From: Candidatus Versatilivorator sp.
Lineage (GTDB): Bacteria; Acidobacteriota; Terriglobia; Versatilivoradales; Versatilivoraceae
NCBI GenBank assembly: GCA_965207735.1
Contig: OZ242296.1
Location: forward strand, 704,001 to 768,000
Length of the DNA: 64,000 nt
Reading direction: 5' to 3'
The notes below the pieces were generated by a model. It was not told where the DNA came from. It made no database searches and was given only the letters and a program-made list of their open reading frames with translations. This document shows positions 22,059 to 30,797 of the stretch, one piece after another; position 1 is the first letter of the stretch, and each line of letters opens with the position of its first letter. The position numbers were made by a program, and so were the translations under genes.

Positions 22059-22679
22059 CTAGGATGTAGCCGTGCGTGGCTGGATCCAGCGTTGGTAGGC
22101 TTCGGGGGTGTCGACGTCAACCAGGATCTGATCCGATTCCCATTCCAGATGGCAGATTTGTTGACGATGCTGCCTGACCACGGCGACGGCCCCTTCTTCC
22201 GGACTGGCGGCCAGCAGTTCGGGAAAGAGTTCCTTGGCGAACAGGACCGGATGTCCCCGCCTCCTCTGAAAGGAAGGAATCACAATGGGATGGCCTCCCT
22301 GGCTGAAGCAGTCCAGCAGCGCGTCGATCAGGGCGCTGTCGACCAGGGGATGGTCGACCAGGAACAGCATCAATCCGTCGCAGGTCTCCCGATCGAGAGC
22401 CCGGATGCCGGTTTGCAGAGAGGATAGTTGACCCTCCCGGTAGCGGGAGTTGACGACGGTTGCCGCCCTCAGGTCCGGCAGACGGTCGAGGATGGATTCG
22501 GGCCGATGGCCCAGCACGATCTTCAGGTCGACCAGCCGGGAGGCCCGAATCTGATGGACGATATGCTCCAGGAAGGTGGTGCCGAAGATCGGCAGCAAGG
22601 CCTTGGGGCGCCCCATGCGTTGCGATCGACCCGCGGCCAGGATGACGCCGCTGACCCTTTTGTCCCTGGGAGTCGTCAA
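22059..22679 (-). CDS. nucleotidyltransferase family protein (MocA / molybdenum cofactor cytidylyltransferase-like)
   Basis: ILAAGRSQRMGRPKALL, LVDHP, GHPVLF, DVDTPE. Confidence 0.9.
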   Translation of the reverse strand: MTTPRDKRVSGVILAAGRSQRMGRPKALLPIFGTTFLEHIVHQIRASRLVDLKIVLGHRPESILDRLPDLRAATVVNSRYREGQLSSLQTGIRALDRETCDGLMLFLVDHPLVDSALIDALLDCFSQGGHPIVIPSFQRRRGHPVLFAKELFPELLAASPEEGAVAVVRQHRQQICHLEWESDQILVDVDTPEAYQRWIQPRTATS

Positions 22680-23542
22680 TTTCCCGCGGCCTCTTCCGGA
22701 TCGAGATCGGAGTCGTCCCGGGGATAGGAACCTAGAATCTTCAAGTACCCGGCCAATTCCTTCAGATGAGCTATGGCCCTTTTGCAGCGCCTGTCCTCGA
22801 TACTGCCGGCGAAGTCGACGTAGAACAGATATTCCCAGGGTTTGCCGTGCAGGGGGCGAGATTCTATCTTGTAGAGGTCGATGTCCCTGAGTGCGAAAAC
22901 GCTCATTGAACGGAACAGAGCCCCTGGAAGGTTCTGGATGGAAAAAACGATGGAAGTCTTGCTGGCATTGGCGATTCTGTGACGCCCCTTGGCCAGCAAA
23001 AGAAACCGGGTGAAGTTGGCGAAGTCGTCCTGCAGATTTTCTCGCAGGATGCTCATGCCGTACAAACGTGCGGCCAGATCACTCGCGATGGCGGCGCCGT
23101 CAAGGATTTTCTCATCCTTGATTTTCTTGACGCTGCCCGCGGTGTCATAGGTCGGGATGATTTCAAGCTTGCCCAGACGAGCGGTATTTCTGCGGCACTG
23201 CATGAGCGCCTGAGGGTGGGAAAAGACACGACGAATTTGAGAAAGCCCGACCCCGGGGTTGGCGATCAGGTGGTGCAGGATGCGGAGCTTCAACTCTCCA
23301 ATAATCGTGAGCCGGTGGCGCAACAAAAGGTCGTAGTTCAGGTGGATGCTGCCTGCCAGCGAATTCTCGATGGGAATGACGCCGAATTCCGCCTCTTCCC
23401 GCTGGACTCTCTGAAACACCAAGTCAAAAGTCTCACAGGGAATCAGGCGGTCGGCGCCGGGGAAGAAACGCCGCGAGGCAATCTCGCTGTATGCCCCCGG
23501 CTCGCCCTGGTAGGCGACGACTTGGTCTTGGTCGGCCGGCAT
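22676..23542 (-). CDS. pheA: prephenate dehydratase
   Basis: AYQGEPGAYS, PIENSLAG, SHPQAL, NFTRF, KIESRP, LGSY. Confidence 0.96.
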   Translation of the reverse strand: MPADQDQVVAYQGEPGAYSEIASRRFFPGADRLIPCETFDLVFQRVQREEAEFGVIPIENSLAGSIHLNYDLLLRHRLTIIGELKLRILHHLIANPGVGLSQIRRVFSHPQALMQCRRNTARLGKLEIIPTYDTAGSVKKIKDEKILDGAAIASDLAARLYGMSILRENLQDDFANFTRFLLLAKGRHRIANASKTSIVFSIQNLPGALFRSMSVFALRDIDLYKIESRPLHGKPWEYLFYVDFAGSIEDRRCKRAIAHLKELAGYLKILGSYPRDDSDLDPEEAAGN

Positions 23543-23645
23543 GGGGGTCCTGCCTCCGGTAAGTCAGGTCCGGGACATCGATGCAATCCCGGGAAGTGGG
23601 TGAATGTGCGGTTCCCGCAAGAAGCCGACCGGATTACGGGTTCCG

Positions 23646-23675
23646 TTGACAAATCGGAAGCCGTTGCTCGACAAT
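23646..23675 (+). promoter_or_regulatory. putative sigma70 promoter of the DUF1015 gene
   Basis: TTGACA-18 bp-GACAAT. Confidence 0.45.
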
Positions 23676-23745
23676 GTCTTTCCTTGCGTTGCGTCGCCGG
23701 GGAAGGCCCAGCGGAAGTGTTGTTGGCACGGGGAGGAACCGCCCA

Positions 23746-25080
23746 ATGAGAATATTGCCGTTTCGGGGTTACCGCTACAATCTAGAACGTATTCCCAACC
23801 TGGACGACGTGATCTCGCTGCCCTACGATCAGTTCAAGGGTTCCCGAGACGACCGGTTCCACCAGCGCCATCCCTTTAACATCGCGCATCTTATCATGAA
23901 CCCCGAGACCGGTAGGGATTCCCCCTCCTGGAATCGATATACCCGGTCCAAGAACTTGCTGGATCTATGGATGAAGGAATCGATCTTCCTGCAGGACGAT
24001 CAGCCCAGCATTTATCCCTATTATCAAGACTTTCCCCTTGTCGGAGGACCCGCCGTAACCCGAAAGGGATTCGTGGCTCTGGGCGAAGTGACCGATTACT
24101 CCCAGGGCATCGTACGGCCCCACGAGCGCACCATGACCAAGCCCAAGCAGGATCGCCTGGAGCTCCTGCGCTCCACTCGGGTCGACTCGGGCCTTATCTT
24201 TGTCCTCTACTCGGATCCCCGGGGGGAGATCGAGGCTATTCTGGATGAAGCGGCCGGGCCTCAGCCGGCCATGACGGCAGCCGGTCCGGACAGGATGTTG
24301 AATCGGTTGTGGCGGGTATCGGACCCAACGCCAATCGCTCGCATCCGACAGGCTATGGAGGACAAGCCCGTAATCATTGCCGACGGCCACCATCGCTACG
24401 AGGTGGCGGTGGAGTTCAGCCGGGAGGCCATGAAACGTCGCCCCGAGGACCCGGCTTGGGAAAACTATCGATTCAAGCTCTTCAGCTTCGTTCGACAGGA
24501 ATCCCCAGCCATCGCTATCTTGCCCATCCACCGCATCCTGAGGAATATGGAGGCGTTCGATGCTTCCCAATTTCTTAGGAAACTCGAGTCCTTCTTTTCC
24601 ATTGAAGCGATTGAAGTCGGTGGCGGTATTCCACCCGGAGGGCTCGAGGAGTTGCTGCAACAAATGCGGCTTCGCCAGTCCGCGGGACACGCGGCCATGG
24701 GAGTCTACCTGCCCGCACTGAACCGGTTGGCCCTGTTGACGTTTCGAAAGGAGGCGGCGGAAAGCCTGGATTGGCCGGGAGACAAGTCCGAGACCTGGCG
24801 CCAATTGGATGTTTCCATCCTTCAGGTGGCCATTTTGGGCCGGATACTGAACCTTGGGGAGCGGGAACTGGCCGAGGGTAACTTTGTGGAGTATGTCAGT
24901 GACGCCGGGGAGGCGATCCTGAAGGCGGCGGACGGATCCTGCCAATGCGCCATTCTGCTGAATCCCACACCCATGGAGCAGGTCGAGGCCGTGGTGGAGG
25001 CCGGAGACCTGCTACCCCAGAAAACCACCCACTTTCACCCCAAGCTCATGGAAGGTCTGGTGTTTGCCAAACACCTTTAG
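23746..25080 (+). CDS. DUF1015 family protein
   Basis: ILPFRGYRY, PYD, VRPHERT, IIADGHHRYE, PQKTTHFHPKL; GGAGG RBS. Confidence 0.92.
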   Translation: MRILPFRGYRYNLERIPNLDDVISLPYDQFKGSRDDRFHQRHPFNIAHLIMNPETGRDSPSWNRYTRSKNLLDLWMKESIFLQDDQPSIYPYYQDFPLVGGPAVTRKGFVALGEVTDYSQGIVRPHERTMTKPKQDRLELLRSTRVDSGLIFVLYSDPRGEIEAILDEAAGPQPAMTAAGPDRMLNRLWRVSDPTPIARIRQAMEDKPVIIADGHHRYEVAVEFSREAMKRRPEDPAWENYRFKLFSFVRQESPAIAILPIHRILRNMEAFDASQFLRKLESFFSIEAIEVGGGIPPGGLEELLQQMRLRQSAGHAAMGVYLPALNRLALLTFRKEAAESLDWPGDKSETWRQLDVSILQVAILGRILNLGERELAEGNFVEYVSDAGEAILKAADGSCQCAILLNPTPMEQVEAVVEAGDLLPQKTTHFHPKLMEGLVFAKHL

Positions 25081-25656
25081 CTCGCATTCCTCAACAAGGG
25101 GCTCCAGGAGTACAAACCCCGGTGCCAAATCCGGATCGGCCGCTCCCTCCCACGACGGTGCGGATCATTCAGAGGAGAAACAGCCAGCTGTTTGCGTTTT
25201 GGAAAGAGACAGGATTAATAGGACCAGAGGCCGCTGCACGGGACGCTGACTGGGAATCGGGGCGTTGGGCACGGCCAAGGCGCGCCACGGGGAAGATCAA
25301 TCGAGAAGGACTAAGAATTGAACATGGATGCACAGGATGCACAGGATTTACAGGACGAGAGCTTCCTGCACCAGAAGCCAACTCGGGCGAAGATCCGGTG
25401 CGGACTTGCGGATTCCCGGCATTAGAAGCCATCCGTTTCCTGAACAATCCTGTGAATCCTGTGCATCGATGTTAATGATCTCTTTAAATCACGATGGGGT
25501 CGGAAGCCCCCCCACTGGCTCCGCCGCGGTCCTTGTTGCTTCTTCGCGGACAAATCCTCTTTGTCCCTTGTGTCCTTCGTTGACCCCCCTTGCCGACCTT
25601 CATCCCATCCCTCTTGGGCCTTCTCCAGCGCCTTGGTGTCCCTTCGTCGTTCTTCG

Positions 25657-27651
25657 GTAGAGTCGAGGGGAGGCGCGCCGGCCTTAGATCGAGGGAGTCG
25701 CTGTTGCCGGCGGCTTTCGCCACTCGCCGGTGCCTCAATCTCGTTCCTCGCTGCGTTTCCTCGCCCCCGCTCGTCAAACCGGACGTGCGGTTTTCCCGCA
25801 TCCGGCTTTCAGTCAAGATCATGCCTTCGCCCTCGGAAGGCTCTGTGGCTTCGACCCCAGGCAAGTGAGTCCATAGGTTTTCCATAGTCTCTCGTCCGAG
25901 AAGCGCACACTCCCCCCGGTCCTCACCTTGTGCTTCCGACAGAGCCACTGACGCAGCCGCCCGCCCGCGTGGCGGTCGATCGCTCGGTAGGCCGGGCTCA
26001 CCTGCCCCAGAACGAAGTAGTTCGCCCACCCGGTCATCGCCCGGTTCAGGTGTTCTACCATCTGTCCTCGAAGCAGCGTCCCGTTCCTCGGCGCCGTCCA
26101 CTCGCTGATCTTGCGGCAGATGCTCTGGACGCTCGCCTGGCTGGGTCGTGTGCCGATGTAGGCTCCTTTCCCTTTGGGGCGATAGTTGCGTCCGATGCGA
26201 TATCCCAGAAACCCCATCGGTTCCTCCGGACACCGCAAGCATCGGGTCTTCCGCTCGTTGACCGGTAGCTTCAGCTCCTCCATGATCCGCTTGACCGCCG
26301 TCAGCATCTCTGCCGCCGGTGCCCTGCCGAGTACACGGAAGTCATCCGCATAGTTGACGATCTCCGCACAGAAGCGCCGGGCATATCCCAGCACCTTCCA
26401 GCCCAAAACGAAGCGCCGCATGTAGAGATTGCTGAGCAACGGTGAGATCGGGGCTCCTTGCGGTGTCCCCTTCCGCTCCCGGCGCCCTCGGTTCCGGCGG
26501 CGTCTGCCACCCTTCCCGTCGTCCTCCTCCACCGGCATCTCCAGCCATGCCTTGATGAGCTTGAGCATCCTCCCGTCACTCACGCGCCGGGCAATGCTTC
26601 GAATCAGCTCCGCATGCGGAATCTCGCCGAAGTAGTTGGACAGGTCGCCGTCAACCACCTCCTGGTAACCCCTTTGCAGGAGTTCATGCACGCGTTTGAC
26701 CGCGTCGTTGGCACTCCGCCCCCGCCGATAGCCATATTGCTCCGGTTGCAGGTCCGCTTCGAAGATCGGCTCCAACACCAGCAAAGCCGCCGTCTGCGCT
26801 ACCCGGTCCCGTATGCAGGGTATGCCCAAAGGCCGGAACTTGCCGGGCTGTTTCTTCGGGATCAGCACCTGCCGCACCGGCTTCGGTACGTAGGTTCCTT
26901 CCCTCAGGTCCCGCGCCAGTTCCCCCAGCCAGCCCTCCACCCCATACGCCTCGATGTCCTTGAAGCCCTCCCCGTCCACCCCGGCCGACCCGCCGTTTCG
27001 GCGTACCTGTGCCCAGGCTTCCTTCAGAAAGTCCTCTCGCCACACCTTGTCCGACAGCGCATGAAACCGCCGCTTGGGGTCCTCCTTCGCTTTCGCATGT
27101 AGCATGGTCTGGAATTTCCGAACCCCCTCTGACCCTGTTAGACTCTTGTCAGTGGCCACGCCTTGCCTCCTTTCCATGCTGCTCTCAACTCAGGGTCCCT
27201 TCCCTCCACCGGCGTTACCCGGCTTCTCCGGTACTACCGACCCATCCGCCACCCTGACGGCCCGGCCTGCCCCTCGCGGGGTCCCGGTTGATGTGTGCCG
27301 CATCTCCCCCAGGGCTTCCCGTGTTGCTGCCTTCTTCCCCTTCCATGCGTGCCAGCGTCACTACCCCGACGGAAGCGGATCGGTGCCCGCGTCGCTCTCT
27401 TCCCCATCCGCCAACGGCCTTCCCCTAAAGACAGGAGGGTCGGCTTCCGTATTGTCCGTTTCGAGGCCTGCTCGACGTTCACTCGCGTTCCGGCCCGCAT
27501 GCTCGCTGAGCCGCCCTTGGCGGCCCTTGACCCCAGAGTGCTTCAGACCATTTCGTTACCTCCATGATCCGCCCTGGCTGCTACCAACCGGAGCGACAGT
27601 TGTTGGGCGGGGTTCGCACCCGCCAGAAGAAGGCGCCTTTCCACGGCGCAC
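25657..27651 (-). mobile_element. complete group II intron (ribozyme plus IEP)
   Basis: 5' GTGCGCCGTGG at 27651; domain V AAGCCGGATGCGGGAAAACCGCACGTCCGGTTT (AGC triad, ~25776-25808); 3' ...CTCTAC at 25657. The flanks rejoin to the intact repeat ccacgaaggggca|cgaagaacgacg. Confidence 0.93.
25819..27177 (-). CDS. ltrA: group II intron reverse transcriptase/maturase, no endonuclease domain
   Basis: RT0 NGGSAGVDG, RPLGIPCIRDRVAQ, QYGYR, DLSNYF, GTPQGAPISPLLSNLY, YADD, FLGY, domain X GWANYF; ends without an HNH domain. Confidence 0.95.
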   Translation of the reverse strand: MERRQGVATDKSLTGSEGVRKFQTMLHAKAKEDPKRRFHALSDKVWREDFLKEAWAQVRRNGGSAGVDGEGFKDIEAYGVEGWLGELARDLREGTYVPKPVRQVLIPKKQPGKFRPLGIPCIRDRVAQTAALLVLEPIFEADLQPEQYGYRRGRSANDAVKRVHELLQRGYQEVVDGDLSNYFGEIPHAELIRSIARRVSDGRMLKLIKAWLEMPVEEDDGKGGRRRRNRGRRERKGTPQGAPISPLLSNLYMRRFVLGWKVLGYARRFCAEIVNYADDFRVLGRAPAAEMLTAVKRIMEELKLPVNERKTRCLRCPEEPMGFLGYRIGRNYRPKGKGAYIGTRPSQASVQSICRKISEWTAPRNGTLLRGQMVEHLNRAMTGWANYFVLGQVSPAYRAIDRHAGGRLRQWLCRKHKVRTGGSVRFSDERLWKTYGLTCLGSKPQSLPRAKA

Positions 27652-27705
27652 TGCCCCTTCGTGGATAAGTCTTTTTCTCTTGTCTCTTGTCGTTTTTCGG
27701 TTATT

Positions 27706-28701
27706 TCAGGCAAGTCCAGCTCGCCCGGAGGCGGCCCGAAACCAGGCTGTGAAGCGGGCAAGCCCCTCTTCAAAGGCGACCTTGGGAGCATAGCCCAATA
27801 CCCTGGCCGCCTTTCCCAGGTCGGCATGGGTGATGGGCATATCGGCGGCTTGATCTTCTTGCATACGGAGCATGGCCGGCTTGCCGAGGGCCCTCTCCAG
27901 AAGGCGAACCATCCTTTTCAGGGGGATCGGATTGCCGCTGCCGAGATTGAACACTTCAAAGCCAACCTTCAGGGCCAGAGCCGCCGCAATTCCGTCCACG
28001 ATGTCGTCGACATAAGTGTAGTCGCGCAGTGAGTTGCCGTCTCCGAACAGCGTGACGGGGCGGTTTTCGTCGATGGCCCGCGCGAACTTGTGCATGGCCA
28101 GGTCGGGACGCTGCCGGGGACCGTAGACCGAAAAAAAACGGAGGCAGATCACCTCGAGGTCATAGAGGCGAGCGAAGCATTGGCACAGCTTCTCGCCGGC
28201 CAGCTTGGTGACCCCGTATGGCGACAGCGGATCGAGACGGCTCTCCTCTTCCGAAAAAGGCGCTCGGCTGGTCTTGCCGTAGACCGAGCTGGAAGAGCCG
28301 AAGATGAACTGCCGGCACATTCCCCGACGGGCCAGTTCCAGCAGCCCCAGCGTTCCCTGGAGGTTGACCTGTCCGTACAACAGGGGCTGAGTCAAGGAAG
28401 AGCGAACGCCCGTTCGTGCCGCCAGGTGGATGACGGCGTCGTAGGATTTCCCGGACAGCGCCGATTGAAGCTGCTCAGGGTTTGCGATGTCCACCTGGAG
28501 GAAGTCGAATCTTCCCTGCTCCGACACTTGGCTCAAATTCTCCTGCTTGAGATGGGTGGCGTAGGCATCGTTGAGGTTGTCCAGGATGGTGACGTGAGCC
28601 CCGGCGCCCAGCAGGCGTTCCGCCAGGTGGGAGCCGATGAAACCGGCGCCGCCGGTAAGCAGTATGGAGGTTCCCGGAGAGACCCCGGGAGTGGGGTTCA
28701 A
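27706..28701 (-). CDS. NAD-dependent epimerase/dehydratase (UDP-glucuronate 4-epimerase-like)
   Basis: TGGAGFIG, HLAARTGVR, SSSSVYG, YGVTK, RFFSVYGPRQRPDLA, RDYTYVDD; likely TTG start overlapping the nadA stop. Confidence 0.9.
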   Translation of the reverse strand: MNPTPGVSPGTSILLTGGAGFIGSHLAERLLGAGAHVTILDNLNDAYATHLKQENLSQVSEQGRFDFLQVDIANPEQLQSALSGKSYDAVIHLAARTGVRSSLTQPLLYGQVNLQGTLGLLELARRGMCRQFIFGSSSSVYGKTSRAPFSEEESRLDPLSPYGVTKLAGEKLCQCFARLYDLEVICLRFFSVYGPRQRPDLAMHKFARAIDENRPVTLFGDGNSLRDYTYVDDIVDGIAAALALKVGFEVFNLGSGNPIPLKRMVRLLERALGKPAMLRMQEDQAADMPITHADLGKAARVLGYAPKVAFEEGLARFTAWFRAASGRAGLA

Positions 28702-29744
28702 TGGATCTCCAGCATCCGGTCCACCGCCCGCTTGGCTTTCAGCCGGATTTGCTCCGGGACATCGACCACATATCGGTTTTGGAGGAGTGAGTCGAGGGTG
28801 TCCTGCAGGGTGATCTGGTTCATGTGGGGGCAGCGAACGCTGCACAAGCGGAGCATCTCCTTGTCGGGATTTTCGGCCGCGACGTTGTCTGCCATGCTGC
28901 ATTCGGTCATCAGCAGATAGCGAGGGGAGCGTGCCTGTTCCACAAAGCGAATCATGGCCGAGGTGCTTCCCGAGAAGTCGGATGCCTCAACCACTTCCGG
29001 ACTGCACTCGGGGTGGGCCAGGACCACTACGTCGGGGAACTGCCGGCGCACGTTCTCGATGTCTTCCACGTTGAACTTCTCGTGAACCTCGCATTTGCCG
29101 TGCCAGCCCAGGATCTGGTAGTCCATGTGGGGATCCTGCTTGTCCCCGGGAATGGGTCTGTCGGTGGGAAAAATGATGTGTTTGCCGCTTTCGCGAGCCA
29201 CGTTTCTGGCCAGGTATTCGTCGGGAAGAAAGATGACCGTGTCGGTCTTGAAAGATTCAATCACCGCCAAGGCGTTGCTGGAAGTACAGCAGACGTCGCT
29301 TTCGGCCTTTATGTCGGCATAGGTGTTGACGTAGGTCACCACCGGAACTCCTGGAAAACGCTCGCGCAGTTCGCGCACGTCCTCGGCAGTGATGCTGGCT
29401 GCCAGGGAACAGCCTGCCTCCAAGGAGGGAATCAGCACCGTCTTGTGCGGACTCAGGATCTTGGCTGTTTCCGCCATGAAGCGGACCCCGCAGAAAACGA
29501 TGGGATCGCCGTCGGTGGTGGCGGCCAGCCGGCTCAATTCCAGGGAATCTCCGGTGTAATCGGGCACCGAATGGTACAGTCCGGGCTCCATGTAGTTGTG
29601 TCCCAGGATCACCGCGCCCAGGTCGCCCTTCAATTGATTGATGCGGCACGCCAATTCGGCTTTGGCCCGGATTTCAAAATCGGGCAGGACATCGTACAGC
29701 TTCTTCCGAAGCAGGTGATAAGTTTGCGAGGCGTCTGCGGTCAT
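28698..29744 (-). CDS. nadA: quinolinate synthase
   Basis: GHNYM, GDSLELS, FCGVRFMAETAK, CSLA, YVNT, CTSSNA, CEVH, HPEC, CPHM. Confidence 0.97.
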   Translation of the reverse strand: MTADASQTYHLLRKKLYDVLPDFEIRAKAELACRINQLKGDLGAVILGHNYMEPGLYHSVPDYTGDSLELSRLAATTDGDPIVFCGVRFMAETAKILSPHKTVLIPSLEAGCSLAASITAEDVRELRERFPGVPVVTYVNTYADIKAESDVCCTSSNALAVIESFKTDTVIFLPDEYLARNVARESGKHIIFPTDRPIPGDKQDPHMDYQILGWHGKCEVHEKFNVEDIENVRRQFPDVVVLAHPECSPEVVEASDFSGSTSAMIRFVEQARSPRYLLMTECSMADNVAAENPDKEMLRLCSVRCPHMNQITLQDTLDSLLQNRYVVDVPEQIRLKAKRAVDRMLEIH

Positions 29745-29989
29745 TGGACTTTAACCGGCCGTCAAGTCGATTCCTGGAAAAGGGCGAGATCTTGGATCGT
29801 GTAAAAAAACAGTATAACGCCGAACCAGAGTTGAGGCAATTTCGGACGTTGGGTTGGTCTGGCGGGATCGCAAAAAGAGTTATCCACGAAGGGCCGCTAA
29901 GGCATCGAGGTGAACCGCGACGGGATACCACGGTCGCGAAAGGATTATCGATTTCCGGGCCTTTCGCAAAAGGCTCTAAATGATGATTC

Positions 29990-30102
29990 CCTGGGCGTCA
30001 GCCCGGGGTTCCAATAGAGCGGCGAAGCCGCGGCAGCAGGTAGCCGTGGGCGTAAGCCCATGGAAAGCGTAGCGCAAGAGTCCGAGCCGCGTAGGCGGCG
30101 AC
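29990..30102. repeat. REP-like palindromic repeat truncated at the left island junction
   Basis: Matches the reverse complement of 17270-17362 up to GGCGGCGAC, then switches abruptly to AT-rich sequence. Confidence 0.75.
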
Positions 30103-30451
30103 CACACCAATTAGATTGTAAACCGTTACATATAATAGACTTAATGTGTCTTGTCCTGTTTCAATCCCCTCATTATATCCCTCTAATTGAACGGGAATCC
30201 ATTGGACCGTTCGGGACGTTGGCGGACAAGTCTTGCGATCGTTCGACCACGGATACTCGTCCTACGGGACCGTCGAGCGGGGTGGCAAGCTGCCCGTGCC
30301 CAGGATCGGAGATATCGGGTTGTGAACATCCTCCAGACTTGCCCTTCTCGGCCTTCTGGACCATTTGTGGTCTGCTGCTCTTCGGGGGTCTCATCGATGG
30401 GGGCGCGTAGCCAAGAGCCGACGTTGAGGGGCGGCTGGGTGCGGAGGAGCT

Positions 30452-30635
30452 GGAGCCGTTGACGGGCTTCGGGAGAGCCGCGGATATGAAGTGGAACACG
30501 ATGCAACATAAGACACACCGTAACACATAAAGCAACATTCAGATTACGAAGCTACACGGGGATACACTCATCCAGCATAAGCGCGAAAGGGCGCCCTGAG
30601 GCCTTCCTGCAGGATAATTTGGACGGGAGCGACCC
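30452..30635 (+). repeat. ~185-bp diverged direct repeat, copy 1 (upstream of cargo gene)
   Basis: Colinear with 33319-33503: cgttgacggg..gggagag..gaagtggaacacg...acactcatcc...aaagggcgccc...gggagcgaccc. Confidence 0.85.
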
Positions 30636-30664
30636 TTGACGGCGCGGGGCGACGCTGTTACCAA
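30636..30664 (+). promoter_or_regulatory. putative promoter of the cargo gene
   Basis: TTGACG-17 bp-TACCAA with TG extension, immediately after repeat copy 1. Confidence 0.45.
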
Positions 30665-30797
30665 AGCGATAGCCCGCGCCTGATCCAGAGCTAGGGATGC
30701 GGAAAGCGCAGCCTGGCTGGGAAAGCTCAACGAAAGCTCAACGATTGTAGTAATATTTATGGGAATTATTACCAATTCAAATACTTTCGGAGGAAAG

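Larger units (their letters stand above)
25208..27714. repeat. ~500-bp composite dispersed repeat interrupted by the group II intron
   Basis: 25208-25656 joined to 27652-27714 is the near-identical reverse complement of uninterrupted 61956-62449; includes the nonamer-IR relic 25321-25473. Confidence 0.85.

Noticed and set aside
23560-23600. SRP RNA (GTCAGGTCCGG)
   Set aside because: Lacks the following AAGGAAGCAGC and the flanking long stem.
29797-29817. NrtR/NiaR operator upstream of nadA
   Set aside because: TGT-N6-ACA spacing fits neither GT-N7-AC nor TGT-N4-ACA, and the palindrome is weak.
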